Source of the DNA: Lysobacterales bacterium
GTDB lineage: Bacteria; Pseudomonadota; Gammaproteobacteria; Xanthomonadales; SZUA-5
Direction: 5' to 3'
DNA length: 64,000 nt
NCBI GenBank assembly: GCA_022844165.1
Contig: JALHMH010000001.1
Coordinates: forward strand, 128,001 to 192,000
This document shows, piece by piece, positions 9,900 through 19,346 of this stretch. Each line of letters opens with the position of its first letter. Within the stretch, counting starts at the first letter, position 1. Position numbers and translations under genes: made by a program. The notes under the pieces were generated by a model. It made no database searches and was not told the origin of the DNA. It saw only the letters and a program-made list of their open reading frames with translations.

Positions 9900-11158
9900 C
9901 CCGCTTTGTTCTGCCAGCGCACCAGGGCGCGGAGCACATTCAGTGCTTCCCGAAGCATGAAGTCGCGTTCAAGTGCGGGGCCGGTTGCCGTCGCGGGTGC
10001 TGATCCTGTTTGCAGGTGGCCTGGCAGGTCGGCCTCGCTGACGCTGCGTACGCCGCGATCGATGGGTGTCAGCTCAGCCGCTTGCAGTTCAACATCGGGA
10101 ACAATGCCGGCAGCCTGAATCGAGCGACCAGAAGGCGTGTAATACAGGGCGGTGGTCAGTTTGATGGCCTCGCCGCTCTCGAGGGGCAGGACCGACTGAA
10201 CCGACCCCTTGCCGAAGGTGGTTTCGCCCAAAATGAGCGCGCGACGTGTGTCTTGCAGGGCGCCGGCAACGATTTCGCTGGCAGAGGCCGATCCGCGGTC
10301 GACCAACACTACGATCGGCGCGCCTTTGAGTACGTCGCCCGGTGTCGCTACAAACTCGGATTTCGACATGCTCACTCGCCCCCTGGTCGAGACAATCACA
10401 CCGCTATCGATGAACAAATCGCTGACGGCGACCGCTGCGTCCAGCAGTCCACCGGGATTGCTGCGCAAATCGAGCACCAGGCCATCAATGGGAACACTGG
10501 GTTTGACCAGCCCGGCGATTCTGCGTGCCGTTTCTTCGCCGGTGTTGGTTTGAAATGCGGCAATACGAACGTATGCGAATCCCGGCGCCAACATCCGTGC
10601 GCGCACGGCGGTGATGTCGATCACAGCGCGCGTCAACTCCACTTCGAACGGCACGCTTGCGCCGCGCTGAATCGTGAGTCTTACCTTGCTGCCGACGGCG
10701 CCGCGCATCTGGTCGATTGCGATGTTCGCGTTTTCGATATCGATCGGCGTATCGTCGATCCGGCGAATAATGTCGCCGGGCTGGATGCCGGCCGCAGCTG
10801 CTGGCGTGTCGTCGATTGGCGAAATGATCACTAATTCACCGCCCCGCACTTGCACCTCGACGCCGAGCCCTCCGTAACTGCCGCTGGTATCGTCGGTGAG
10901 CGTCTCCAAATCCGTTTTCGCAAGGTAGGCGCTGTGCGGGTCGAGATCGAACAGCAGTCCGCGGATGGCCGATTTCATCAGTTTGTCGGCGCCGACTGGT
11001 TCGACATACGAGCGCTGGACCTCACGAAAGACGGCGGTGAAGATGCGAATGTCCTCGATATCGACCTCATCGATTTGGGTGCTCGTAACCACCGTCGTTT
11101 CATTGGCGAATACGGGAGTTGCGAGCGCAACACAGAGGCACAGAGCGAGGCGATTCAT
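9896..11158 (-). CDS. ctpA: S41 family carboxyl-terminal processing protease (CtpA-like)
   Basis: LDPHSAYL, PDZ GLGV, LDLRSNPGG, SASASEIVAGALQD, TFGKGSVQ. Signal peptide starts at MNRLAL. Confidence 0.9.
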   Translation of the reverse strand: MNRLALCLCVALATPVFANETTVVTSTQIDEVDIEDIRIFTAVFREVQRSYVEPVGADKLMKSAIRGLLFDLDPHSAYLAKTDLETLTDDTSGSYGGLGVEVQVRGGELVIISPIDDTPAAAAGIQPGDIIRRIDDTPIDIENANIAIDQMRGAVGSKVRLTIQRGASVPFEVELTRAVIDITAVRARMLAPGFAYVRIAAFQTNTGEETARRIAGLVKPSVPIDGLVLDLRSNPGGLLDAAVAVSDLFIDSGVIVSTRGRVSMSKSEFVATPGDVLKGAPIVVLVDRGSASASEIVAGALQDTRRALILGETTFGKGSVQSVLPLESGEAIKLTTALYYTPSGRSIQAAGIVPDVELQAAELTPIDRGVRSVSEADLPGHLQTGSAPATATGPALERDFMLREALNVLRALVRWQNKAG

Positions 11159-11265
11159 GGTTCGGTACTCAAGTCTTGGTTGTGGATCTTCATCTTCGGC
11201 GCCCTCGTATGGTGGTCGATCAGGGTCGTACACCTCTGGCGAACGCTGTGAAAATGCGTCTGCCC

Positions 11266-12774
11266 TTATGAACTGCATGACAACATCGAGCAACCCGCGC
11301 GCGACCTTGCCCACTCCGGCCTCTTACTCGTCAGGTGCGCAAATTGCGGCTGTTTCGCAAACGGTTGTCGCAGCGCGGAGAGCAGTTCTTGCAGGATCGT
11401 CGCGTCGCCCTTTTCTGCCGCGTCGATGGACAACTGCAGCAGGAAATTGCGTGGGACCAGTCGCGGGTTGACGGCATCCATGTCATCGCGCCTTGCGCGC
11501 CCGGTGTAACGCGCCAGCCACGCCGAAAGCTGCTCCGCCGATCGAGCGAATTTTGCGGCGCTGTAACATGCGTCGGCAAAGTCCGTCGCACGCAGCTGCT
11601 GAGTATCGTGATCGCTCAACACCCGAAAGCCGAGCGTAAAGTCGCACTCGGCCGATTCCATCCAGGATAGAAAGCCACGCACAAGCTGAATGTCATCATC
11701 GCTTTCGTCGGCAAGACCCAGTTTGTGCCGCATCGCTGCCAGATAGCGCTCGGAGAACACGCGCGCGTATCTCTCCAGGCCTTCGTTCAGCGCGGCCTCG
11801 TCGACCACACCCGACAGCGCGTGGGCCAGAGCCTGCAAGTTCCATTGGGCGATCTGCGGTTGCCGTCCGTAGGCATAACGTCGCCCCTGAGCGTCGGTTG
11901 TATTCGGCGTCCACAGCGGATCGACATTCTCCAGCCAACCGAACGGGCCGTAGTCGATGGTCAAACCCAGAATCGACAGGTTGTCGGTGTTCATGACGCC
12001 ATGGACAAAACCCAGTCGCATCCAGTCGACCATCAATCGCGCCGTGCGTTCGGATACGTCGATAAACCAGGCGCCGCGATCCCGTTCAAGGTGCGGAAAA
12101 TCGCGATCGAGCGTGAAGTCGATCAGGCGATTGAGCAGAGCAGTATCGCCGCGCGACGCAGGCAGCTCGAAGTGCCCAAACCGAATGAAGGATGGTGCGA
12201 CCCGACAGACGATGGCGCCCGTTTCGTTTTGTGGACGCCCGTCGTAAAACATATCGCGAACAACACAGTCGCCAGTGGTGACCAGCGACAGTGCGCGCGT
12301 CGTCGGCACGCCGAACGCGTGCATGGCTTCGCTGAGGACGTATTCGCGCAGCGAAGAGCGCAGCACGGCGCGGCCGTCCGCGTGGCGTGAGTATGGCGTC
12401 GGACCCGCGCCCTTGAGTTGCAGCTCGTATCTGGAATTGTCCGTTCCGATGACCTCACCCAGGCTGATCGCGCGGCCATCGCCAAGCTGCCCGGCCCATT
12501 GGCCGAACTGATGGCCCCCGTAGTTGGTCGCGATCGGCGTCATCCCCGGCAACAGCGCGTTGCCGGACATCGCTGCCAGAAAGGCTGGCGATTCGCGCAG
12601 CGCTGAGTCGATTCCTATGGTCTGCGCCAATTCGCGATTGAATGCCAGCCACTTCGGTGCCATTACGGGCGTCGGCATCGCCGGCGAATACAGTGCGCCG
12701 CGTACCTGACGCACACCCGGCGCCTTGTTTGCATCGGCCGGCAACTCGCGCGCAAAGCGGTTGTCGAACTTCAT
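11266..12774 (-). CDS. selO: Protein adenylyltransferase SelO (YdiU)
   Basis: YGGHQFG..AGQLGDGRA, LKGAGPTPYSR, GFVHGVMNTDN, DYGPFG, C-terminal SCSS. Confidence 0.95.
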   Translation of the reverse strand: MKFDNRFARELPADANKAPGVRQVRGALYSPAMPTPVMAPKWLAFNRELAQTIGIDSALRESPAFLAAMSGNALLPGMTPIATNYGGHQFGQWAGQLGDGRAISLGEVIGTDNSRYELQLKGAGPTPYSRHADGRAVLRSSLREYVLSEAMHAFGVPTTRALSLVTTGDCVVRDMFYDGRPQNETGAIVCRVAPSFIRFGHFELPASRGDTALLNRLIDFTLDRDFPHLERDRGAWFIDVSERTARLMVDWMRLGFVHGVMNTDNLSILGLTIDYGPFGWLENVDPLWTPNTTDAQGRRYAYGRQPQIAQWNLQALAHALSGVVDEAALNEGLERYARVFSERYLAAMRHKLGLADESDDDIQLVRGFLSWMESAECDFTLGFRVLSDHDTQQLRATDFADACYSAAKFARSAEQLSAWLARYTGRARRDDMDAVNPRLVPRNFLLQLSIDAAEKGDATILQELLSALRQPFAKQPQFAHLTSKRPEWARSRAGCSMLSCSS

Positions 12775-13436
12775 GCGCAGCGCTCGAAGATAAGGTCAGT
12801 GACTGCGTGTCCGAGATTGCGACCACGGCGCTCGAAATGCGTTTCGATTCTCGCGGCGCCGCGCTCGGCGCGATCGGCAACCAGCCGCAGTCGGGGCTCG
12901 GTGCCTAGCACCTCACGCATTGATTCGGCGTAAGGCTGCCAATCGGTAGCCAAATGCAATCGCCCGCCCATTCGCAGTTGCGTTGCGATGAGCGCAACAA
13001 CGTCATGGCGCACGATGCGCCGTTTGTGGTGGCGCGCTTTGGGCCAGGGGTCGGGGAAGTAAATGCGCACTTCATCGAGGCTTGCGGCGGAAAAGACGTG
13101 CAGCACTTCGATCGCATCGAATCGTATCAGCCGTAGATTGCGCAACTCGGCCGCGGCAGCGGCGCGCAAGGCGCGGCCGACGCCGGGCCCGTGTACTTCG
13201 ATGCCCAGAAAATTGCGATTCGGATCGGAACTGGCGGCGGCGATCAGCGCCTCGCCGTTGCCGAAGCCCACTTCCACGACGATCGGCGATGCCTGGAGGT
13301 ACGCAGCGCGAAGCGCGTCTTCGGCGACCGGCCAATCGATACCGAATCTTGGCCAGAGCGTTTCCAGCGCCACGCGCTGAGCTTCGGTGGTCCGCCCCTG
13401 GCGTAGCACATAGCTCTTGATGTGCCGGTCGCTCAC
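12771..13436 (-). CDS. trmB: tRNA (guanine-N7)-methyltransferase
   Basis: [46 protein letters not shown]. Confidence 0.95.
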   Translation of the reverse strand: MSDRHIKSYVLRQGRTTEAQRVALETLWPRFGIDWPVAEDALRAAYLQASPIVVEVGFGNGEALIAAASSDPNRNFLGIEVHGPGVGRALRAAAAAELRNLRLIRFDAIEVLHVFSAASLDEVRIYFPDPWPKARHHKRRIVRHDVVALIATQLRMGGRLHLATDWQPYAESMREVLGTEPRLRLVADRAERGAARIETHFERRGRNLGHAVTDLIFERCA

Positions 13437-14212
13437 TCAATCAGACCTAGTTCGGGCGACGACGCATTCGCAAATCGCTTTTTCGGTATGCGCCCGGCCA
13501 AAAAGGCTTCGCGACCGGCTTCCACTGCTTTGCGCATGGCACTGGCCATCAACACCGGATCTCTTGCGCCGGCAATCGCGGTGTTCATGAGCACACCGTC
13601 GCAGCCCAGCTCCATGGCCACGGCGGCGTCGGACGCCGTGCCGACGCCCGCATCGACGATGATCGGTACCGTTTTTTCCTCGACAATCGTCAAGATGTTG
13701 TACGGATTGCGCACGCCCAGGCCCGATCCGATCGGCGCCGCCAGCGGCATCACCGCCACGCAGCCCCGCTTGGCCAGCTCGCGCGCAACAACCGGATCGT
13801 CGTTGGTGTAGACCATTACCTGGAATCCATCGCGCACCAGAATATCGGTGGCTTTGAGCGTCTCGACGACATCTGGAAACAGCGTCTTCGTCTCGGCAAG
13901 AACTTCCAATTTGACGAGGCAGGCACCGTCCAACAACTCACGCGCAAGGCGACACGTGCGCACGGCTTCTTCGGCAGAAAAGCAGCCCGCCGTATTCGGC
14001 AAGATGGTGTACCTGTCCGGCGGCAATACGTCGAGCACGTTTGGCTGCCCAGGCAAGTTACCGATGCTGGTGCGGCGTATCGCCACGGTGACGATTTGTG
14101 CTCCGGCGGCCTCGGTGGCAAGCTGCGTTTCCGCCAAATCTCTGAATTTCCCGGTTCCCGTCAACAACCGGGACCTATAGAGCTTGCCGGCGATTTCAAG
14201 TGCATCGTTCAT
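13433..14212 (-). CDS. thiG: Thiazole synthase
   Basis: [46 protein letters not shown]. Start at MNDALEI. Confidence 0.96.
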   Translation of the reverse strand: MNDALEIAGKLYRSRLLTGTGKFRDLAETQLATEAAGAQIVTVAIRRTSIGNLPGQPNVLDVLPPDRYTILPNTAGCFSAEEAVRTCRLARELLDGACLVKLEVLAETKTLFPDVVETLKATDILVRDGFQVMVYTNDDPVVARELAKRGCVAVMPLAAPIGSGLGVRNPYNILTIVEEKTVPIIVDAGVGTASDAAVAMELGCDGVLMNTAIAGARDPVLMASAMRKAVEAGREAFLAGRIPKKRFANASSPELGLIE

Positions 14213-14266
14213 AGTCTGTCGTTCGGGACGCATTGACGACAGCATAGCGGGACTTGCGGCACGACT

Positions 14267-14386
14267 CCGTGCGCTGTGCAAACGTGGCGACGGATCGCGT
14301 TGGCGATCGCGCATTACAGAACCGCGAGTCCGGCGAAGTGCAGGACCGGACTCGCGTGGGGTTGAACTGGCGCTCTCCAATCAACG
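14267..14386 (+). repeat. Repeat family A, degenerate copy
   Basis: CCGTGCGCTGT, ACGGATCG, an 11-bp hairpin CGCGAGTCCGG...CCGGACTCGCG (14323-14356) and GTTGA...TCAAC occur in the same order as in the 20634-20783 copy. Confidence 0.55.
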
Positions 14387-14409
14387 GTTGAGCGCATTTC
14401 TCATTCGAA

Positions 14410-14736
14410 TCACTCGATCAAGTTGATCGCAAACCCGATAAAAGTGGTTCCGACCGCATCGTAAGTGGCAATTTGCCCGTTGGGTGCGATTGCGACAAAC
14501 GGGGTTCCTTGCCCTGAAGTCCCAGCAACAGCATGCCCATATGGCGTCACCGCCAATGCATCGTCCGGGACACCAATTTCTTCGAGGGGCGGCGTGGTCC
14601 GGGATTGAGCAACAGGATAGTTTCCGCTGTTCCACTCCGTGGTGTTCCATTTTCCATCGCTTCCCAGCCATTGGACTGAGAAATTGAATACGTACCCACC
14701 CTTATTGTTCACTGTGATTTTCTGAACTGGTCGCAT
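14410..14736 (-). CDS. Stand-alone protein resembling cholesterol-dependent cytolysin domain 4 (thiol-activated cytolysin C-terminal beta-sandwich)
   Basis: KITVNNKGGYVFNFSVQW resembles the CDC D4 pattern K-I-x4-G-x-Y-V-x2-F-x-V-x-W; C-terminal GTTF matches the GTTL loop. AGGAG RBS; no signal peptide. Confidence 0.65.
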   Translation of the reverse strand: MRPVQKITVNNKGGYVFNFSVQWLGSDGKWNTTEWNSGNYPVAQSRTTPPLEEIGVPDDALAVTPYGHAVAGTSGQGTPFVAIAPNGQIATYDAVGTTFIGFAINLIE

Positions 14737-14867
14737 GGCAGTCTCCTGGACGAAATGAAGAGGCTGATCGCCTCATGATGTGTGATTGCGACTCGTGATC
14801 CGACCACAACAAGCGAAACTGCGAGCCGCGAAATCAGCATCCACTTGCCAGCCAGAACCTGCCTTTC

Positions 14868-14919
14868 GGAAACCTGTTGGTGTCGGACCACAAGCAGTTT
14901 TTGTCTGATGGAAACCTGT
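14868..14919. promoter_or_regulatory. Direct repeat GGAAACCTGT x2, a candidate regulator site upstream of the D4-like gene
   Basis: Identical 10-mers at 14868-14877 and 14910-14919, 42 bp apart. Confidence 0.35.
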
Positions 14920-15091
14920 GCTTTCACGTTTTCATTCTTGTCCTCGTCCTGTACCAGTGTGGAGACGACCGTTGTTGTAGAGACCAGGGATCGGCTGATC
15001 GCGCGTCCAGGTCAATCGACGCAGCGTCATGCGAATCACAGGCCAATCTGGCAGGCTTTGAGGAAACAGCCTGCTGGTGCGAATCGGGGAT

Positions 15092-15201
15092 GGTTCGCTC
15101 ATGGATCGAGCACGCAAGTGGCTAACCCATGGAGACCAAGTCCGGACATGCGCCGGACTCGCGACGGGAGAAACGCACAGGAAGTGCGTTTCTCAACAAC
15201 G
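15092..15201 (+). repeat. Repeat family A, full copy with two adjacent hairpins
   Basis: The first 75 nt align without gaps to the reverse complement of 20675-20749 (58/75 by hand count). The last 34 nt are identical to 1061-1094. Confidence 0.85.
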
Positions 15202-15286
15202 GGCCAGACGGGTGGGATTCCGGACCAGATTGGATCGAGCGTGTCCGGCCAGTGCGTGGGCTGACACCACGAGCAAAGGGAGTCGG

Positions 15287-15670
15287 TCAGCCGCCGTCGC
15301 CGGTTTCGCCGTCATTGCCGACCTGCGGGTCGATAGTGAGTACCGAATCATCTTCGATCAGGATGCAATACAGATGGAGATTGCCATCGAAAATGGCACC
15401 CTGAGGAGATTCAAAGGTCGCCGCCAGTTCGTCGGCATTCCGCGAGGCGCTGCTCCAGCGTGTTTCAATGCCGGGCATATTGCCTTTTGTTGGATGAAAA
15501 CGGCAGCCGCAAAACGCGACGGTACTCGAATCCAGTTTGAAAACGATGGTTCCGCGAACGCAGCCTTTGCCGAATTGGTAGCCAGCGTTGCCCGGAGGTG
15601 GGTCAAAAGAGAAACGACCTTCCGCGACAGAGACCGAGACATTCAGAAGCGTGACAGGGGGCTTTGGCAT
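15287..15670 (-). CDS. DP-EP family-like (DUF1888) protein
   Basis: 127 aa, beta-rich, C-terminal IDPQVGND motif; AAGGAG RBS before MPKPP. Confidence 0.6.
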   Translation of the reverse strand: MPKPPVTLLNVSVSVAEGRFSFDPPPGNAGYQFGKGCVRGTIVFKLDSSTVAFCGCRFHPTKGNMPGIETRWSSASRNADELAATFESPQGAIFDGNLHLYCILIEDDSVLTIDPQVGNDGETGDGG

Positions 15671-15828
15671 TGGACAACTCCTTGGTGATTGGATTTTCAT
15701 CGGAATCATCTGCACTCAGAGGCAATGCGCCCAGTGGCAGGTGATACAGCGATAGTCAAAGTGTGGATCGAATGTAGCAAAATGAGGCCCGTTCCCAAGT
15801 GTTCTCGAGCCCACGCTTGCCTTATTCG

Positions 15829-18800
15829 TCATGGCGAAGTCGGCCCATGAACAACAACGCCGAGTTGGCCAAGTTCGACGTGCACCGGATGGCGATAGTG
15901 ACTCTTCTGCAGCAGTTGGTCTTCCACGGGAGCCGGCATTCCCGCCAACAGATGTGCCTGCACCCAAAGGGCGAGCACAGTTGGATCGCGAGAGTTTCTT
16001 GCGATAGGCGCCAATCGTGCGCGGACCAGGGCCAAATCTGCGCCGGCCTCGTCTAATCGGCCGTTGCGCGCCAGGCGTCCACCGCGGGCGATCAGTGCTC
16101 TGGCCAGCGCAGCACGACCCGGCACATCTTCTGGTGCCTGATCGACCAGCTGGCCAAGTCGCTCCAGGTCTCGGGCCTCATCTTCGTATCGCTGTTCCCG
16201 AGCGGCCAATTGGATTGCGATCAGCGCCTCCATTCGCCGCCACTCTTCAGGTGCTTGTTCGTCAGAGGACAAGGAAATGGCCACCGCATTGGCTTGTTGC
16301 AAAAGCCGGTATTCCATGTCCAATTCACCATCGGAGCGCGCCAATTCGGCTCGTTCAAGCAGCGAATGCGCCAAGTCGCGCCGCCACACGCGGTTTTCTG
16401 GCGATTTTGGTAAGAGTGCTTCGAGTCGCAAAATACTCTCATCAAACATCTCTCTGGCCTTCTTGGAACGTCCAAGTTGCAAGGCAGCTACCGCGCCTCG
16501 CCGCAGTGAATTGGCCAATCGCCGCTCCCAGGCCAGTGCAGTCGGTCGATCGCGAAGCATCGTGCGTAGTAGTGCGATCTGCTCTGCAAAGCCCTCGGCT
16601 GCCGCTTCCAGCCGCCCCTCGGCACGTTCAGCGCTGCTGATCCAGGACAACGTATCGACCAGTTCGAAGCGGAGATCCGCGTCTTCCGGGCGATGCTGCA
16701 AAGCGCGCTGTTTCAGGGCCGCAGAGTCGCGAAATCGCGCCAGCGCTTCCCGGTTACGGCCCTCGTCTTTAGCCAACGTGCCCAAATTGTTCAGCGCATA
16801 AGACTGCTCCACGAGCCATTCCGGCTCGTTCGGCGCGCGCTTCAATAGTTCTTCGGTATGCGCCAGATAACGGTGCCAGTACTCCGACGCAAGCGTGTAG
16901 TTCTTGCGCCGATAGTGGTAATAACCAAGCCAGTAGGCAGCCGTCCCCGATTCGGCGATGGCGAGAATCGAATTCGTCGATCGGCTGCGCGCCATGTCGG
17001 TCGCAACTTCGGCCGCCTCAAAGGCCGCGCGTGCTGAGCCGAGCGCACCTTGTTGCATTTGTGATTCACCCATTGTGCGTAGTGCCCGTGCCCGATTGAT
17101 CAACTCCTCCGTGCTCATGCCCGACGGATTGTCGCGGCCGAGTACCGCCAACGCCTCGCGACCGACATCGTCGAGCAAGGCGATTTGACCTAGCGGGCGC
17201 AGCTTTTCAGCCAGGTCCGCGAGCATGTAATCGGACAATCTGATGGCCTCCCGCCGCCGTACCTCAGATTCGCGTTGCGCCAGCATGGCCCATCCAGCCA
17301 TCGCGAAAGCGACCAAACTGAGTGCCACCAGAGCGCCTTGGGCAACGCGCCGCACGCGCCGCTCGCGATCCTGCCGCCGTTGCGACGCCTTGAGCAACGC
17401 GCTTTCACGAGGACAGAGCGGCTCCTGCGAACGGGCAGCAGCGTCCAAGGCCTCTTGCAGAGGCAGTCCCGGTGCCAACAAATAATCGTCGCGCCACCCG
17501 GCCTCTTCCCATGCCGTCGTAGCGCGATGCAGCCGAGCCCGCGCCTGCAGCATCCGACGATTGTCATGCACCCAATCGCGCGCACGCGGCCACTGCCGAA
17601 TCAGAGCTTCATGGGCGATACCAACATCGGGTCGGCCCTGATCGCTGCCGGCCACGAACAATCGCGCCGCAATGAAAGCGTCGACCAATGCGCAGGTCTC
17701 GATATCCGGGAGTGCCTCTCGCAAAACGCGCCTGCAAGCGCCAGCACTATCGACATCGACCGTGATCATTCGCGACAGCACACCTTCCAGGCGCGCGCGT
17801 ACACCGGCCGCAAGCGCTGCGTAGGTCTCGTCAGCCCGTCGCGCCAACGCGCCTTCCAGGCCGCCAATCGCGCGATATGCCGCAAAGCTGAGCATGCCCT
17901 TGGCGTCGCGATGTTCGTAGAGCAGCTGCAGCGTGTGCTGCAGCAGTGGCAGCGCATCGGGTTGGGCGACAGCGGCGTCGCGGAGTACATCGTCCAGTCG
18001 CAGCGCGGTGGTTGGTTCTTCTTCGAAACTCAGGCCCGATAGCAGCGCCGGCATGCGCACGATCTGTGCGATCTCGCCACTTCGAGGCGGCAGAACATCG
18101 ACGTGACCATCGCCGCCTTTGCGCTCGGCCAATCCGGGCAACGCTGCGACCAGCGCCGGATAGTAGTCTGCGCGAACGATCATGATGCATGCCGCCTTCC
18201 GGTGCGCACAGATCGCTTCGATGGACCGCCAGATCTGACTTCTGCTGTCGCTCCGGGGCTGATGGCCGGCGACCAGCGTTTCGGCATGATCAATGGTCAG
18301 AAGTGCGAAACCATCGTCGGGCGAGCTCGGTGCACGCCGCCAGGCGTCATCGAGGGCGTCGACGATGAAGTTTGCGGACTCCGATAGTTTTGCTACCAGG
18401 GCTTCGGTAGGCTGTGGCGGCAAAATCGGACGACCATCAAGCGCCCAGGTCGCCAACGACTCTGCCAATCGCGACAGAAGCGCATCTGCCTGCGCCGCCG
18501 CGAAGTCGCAATGCGCCACCGCTGCCGCGGACATGCCGTCAAACCCGCCCGCCTGCCGCAGTAGCGGAACAATGCCAGCCGACAGCAGCGAGCTTTTCCC
18601 GCAACCACTGGCGCCAACCAGGAGCACCAGCCCGTTGCCATTCTCGCGCTGCCGACGCAATGCCGCGAGTGCTTCCGCCGTTTGTCGAGTCCGACCATAG
18701 AACACATCGGCGTGCGAACCATCGAACGCCGATAGCCCCACATAAGGATCGCGCCCCGTCCACCCCGAGGTCTGCAGAGGGTGCGGGCGGTAGTCCTCGG

Positions 18801-19149
18801 GAAAGACCACTGGCGCGATCAGTCGGTATCCGCGTTTGCGAATGGTTTCGATGCACTCGGGATGCTTCGGGTCGTCTCGAAAGTGACGGCGCAACTGGGC
18901 AATCGCGCGGTGGACGGGGTTGTCGCCGTAGAACGTGCCCCGCCAGACTTCAATCAGCAACTGTTCGGCGCTGACGACCTCTCCAGCGCGCTCCGCCAAG
19001 GCGACCAGCACTTCCATCACCCGCGGTTCGAGCGCGAGGACTTGTCCGTCGCGCTCGATCGCCAACCGCTCTGGAAACACCAGGCTGGCGCCCACCCGAA
19101 AGCGCGAGGCCGATACCAAACTGCGAATTCGGTCGCTGCGTCGCGGCAT
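15829..19149 (-). CDS. Winged-helix (CadC/OmpR-type) + nSTAND1-type NTPase + TM + TPR-like sensor/regulator
   Basis: wHTH: LEPRVMEVL...IAQLRR...IETIRKRGYRL. STAND: PYVGLSAF..FYGR, GASGCGKS, LLTIDHAE, LPLLQHTL, IGGLEGALA, HEALIRQWP. One TM after RRVRR, then helical repeats (YALNNLG). Start at MPRRSD. Confidence 0.88.
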   Translation of the reverse strand: MPRRSDRIRSLVSASRFRVGASLVFPERLAIERDGQVLALEPRVMEVLVALAERAGEVVSAEQLLIEVWRGTFYGDNPVHRAIAQLRRHFRDDPKHPECIETIRKRGYRLIAPVVFPEDYRPHPLQTSGWTGRDPYVGLSAFDGSHADVFYGRTRQTAEALAALRRQRENGNGLVLLVGASGCGKSSLLSAGIVPLLRQAGGFDGMSAAAVAHCDFAAAQADALLSRLAESLATWALDGRPILPPQPTEALVAKLSESANFIVDALDDAWRRAPSSPDDGFALLTIDHAETLVAGHQPRSDSRSQIWRSIEAICAHRKAACIMIVRADYYPALVAALPGLAERKGGDGHVDVLPPRSGEIAQIVRMPALLSGLSFEEEPTTALRLDDVLRDAAVAQPDALPLLQHTLQLLYEHRDAKGMLSFAAYRAIGGLEGALARRADETYAALAAGVRARLEGVLSRMITVDVDSAGACRRVLREALPDIETCALVDAFIAARLFVAGSDQGRPDVGIAHEALIRQWPRARDWVHDNRRMLQARARLHRATTAWEEAGWRDDYLLAPGLPLQEALDAAARSQEPLCPRESALLKASQRRQDRERRVRRVAQGALVALSLVAFAMAGWAMLAQRESEVRRREAIRLSDYMLADLAEKLRPLGQIALLDDVGREALAVLGRDNPSGMSTEELINRARALRTMGESQMQQGALGSARAAFEAAEVATDMARSRSTNSILAIAESGTAAYWLGYYHYRRKNYTLASEYWHRYLAHTEELLKRAPNEPEWLVEQSYALNNLGTLAKDEGRNREALARFRDSAALKQRALQHRPEDADLRFELVDTLSWISSAERAEGRLEAAAEGFAEQIALLRTMLRDRPTALAWERRLANSLRRGAVAALQLGRSKKAREMFDESILRLEALLPKSPENRVWRRDLAHSLLERAELARSDGELDMEYRLLQQANAVAISLSSDEQAPEEWRRMEALIAIQLAAREQRYEDEARDLERLGQLVDQAPEDVPGRAALARALIARGGRLARNGRLDEAGADLALVRARLAPIARNSRDPTVLALWVQAHLLAGMPAPVEDQLLQKSHYRHPVHVELGQLGVVVHGPTSP

Positions 19150-19346
19150 ACCTTGGCCCCCTGGCTTTCGAATGCGGTCGAGCGATGTGGCGCGCACTTG
19201 AGCCGCAAAGTGTACACGAGTGTTGTAAGAAGTATTCCGAGTATTGCGAAAACATTGCCGAATGCAATGCTCGTTGGCGCCGGGGCAGCCAGCGTGGACC
19301 TGCGCCGATAGAATTGCGCAGGTCGAAGGATGAAGAGCCGCCCTGC

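Noticed and set aside
11266-11290. Possible selenocysteine at the SelO C-terminus
   Set aside because: The sequence encodes Cys (SCSS) and ends in TAA, with no in-frame TGA.
14213-14409. Possible TPP riboswitch upstream of thiG
   Set aside because: No CTGAGA or ACCTGA core motifs on the coding strand. The hairpin there belongs to repeat family A.
14709-14927. 72-aa ORF upstream of the D4-like gene as a leader peptide or fourth component of the cassette
   Set aside because: No clear RBS or motif, and it overlaps the D4-like start out of frame. It is more likely promoter DNA.
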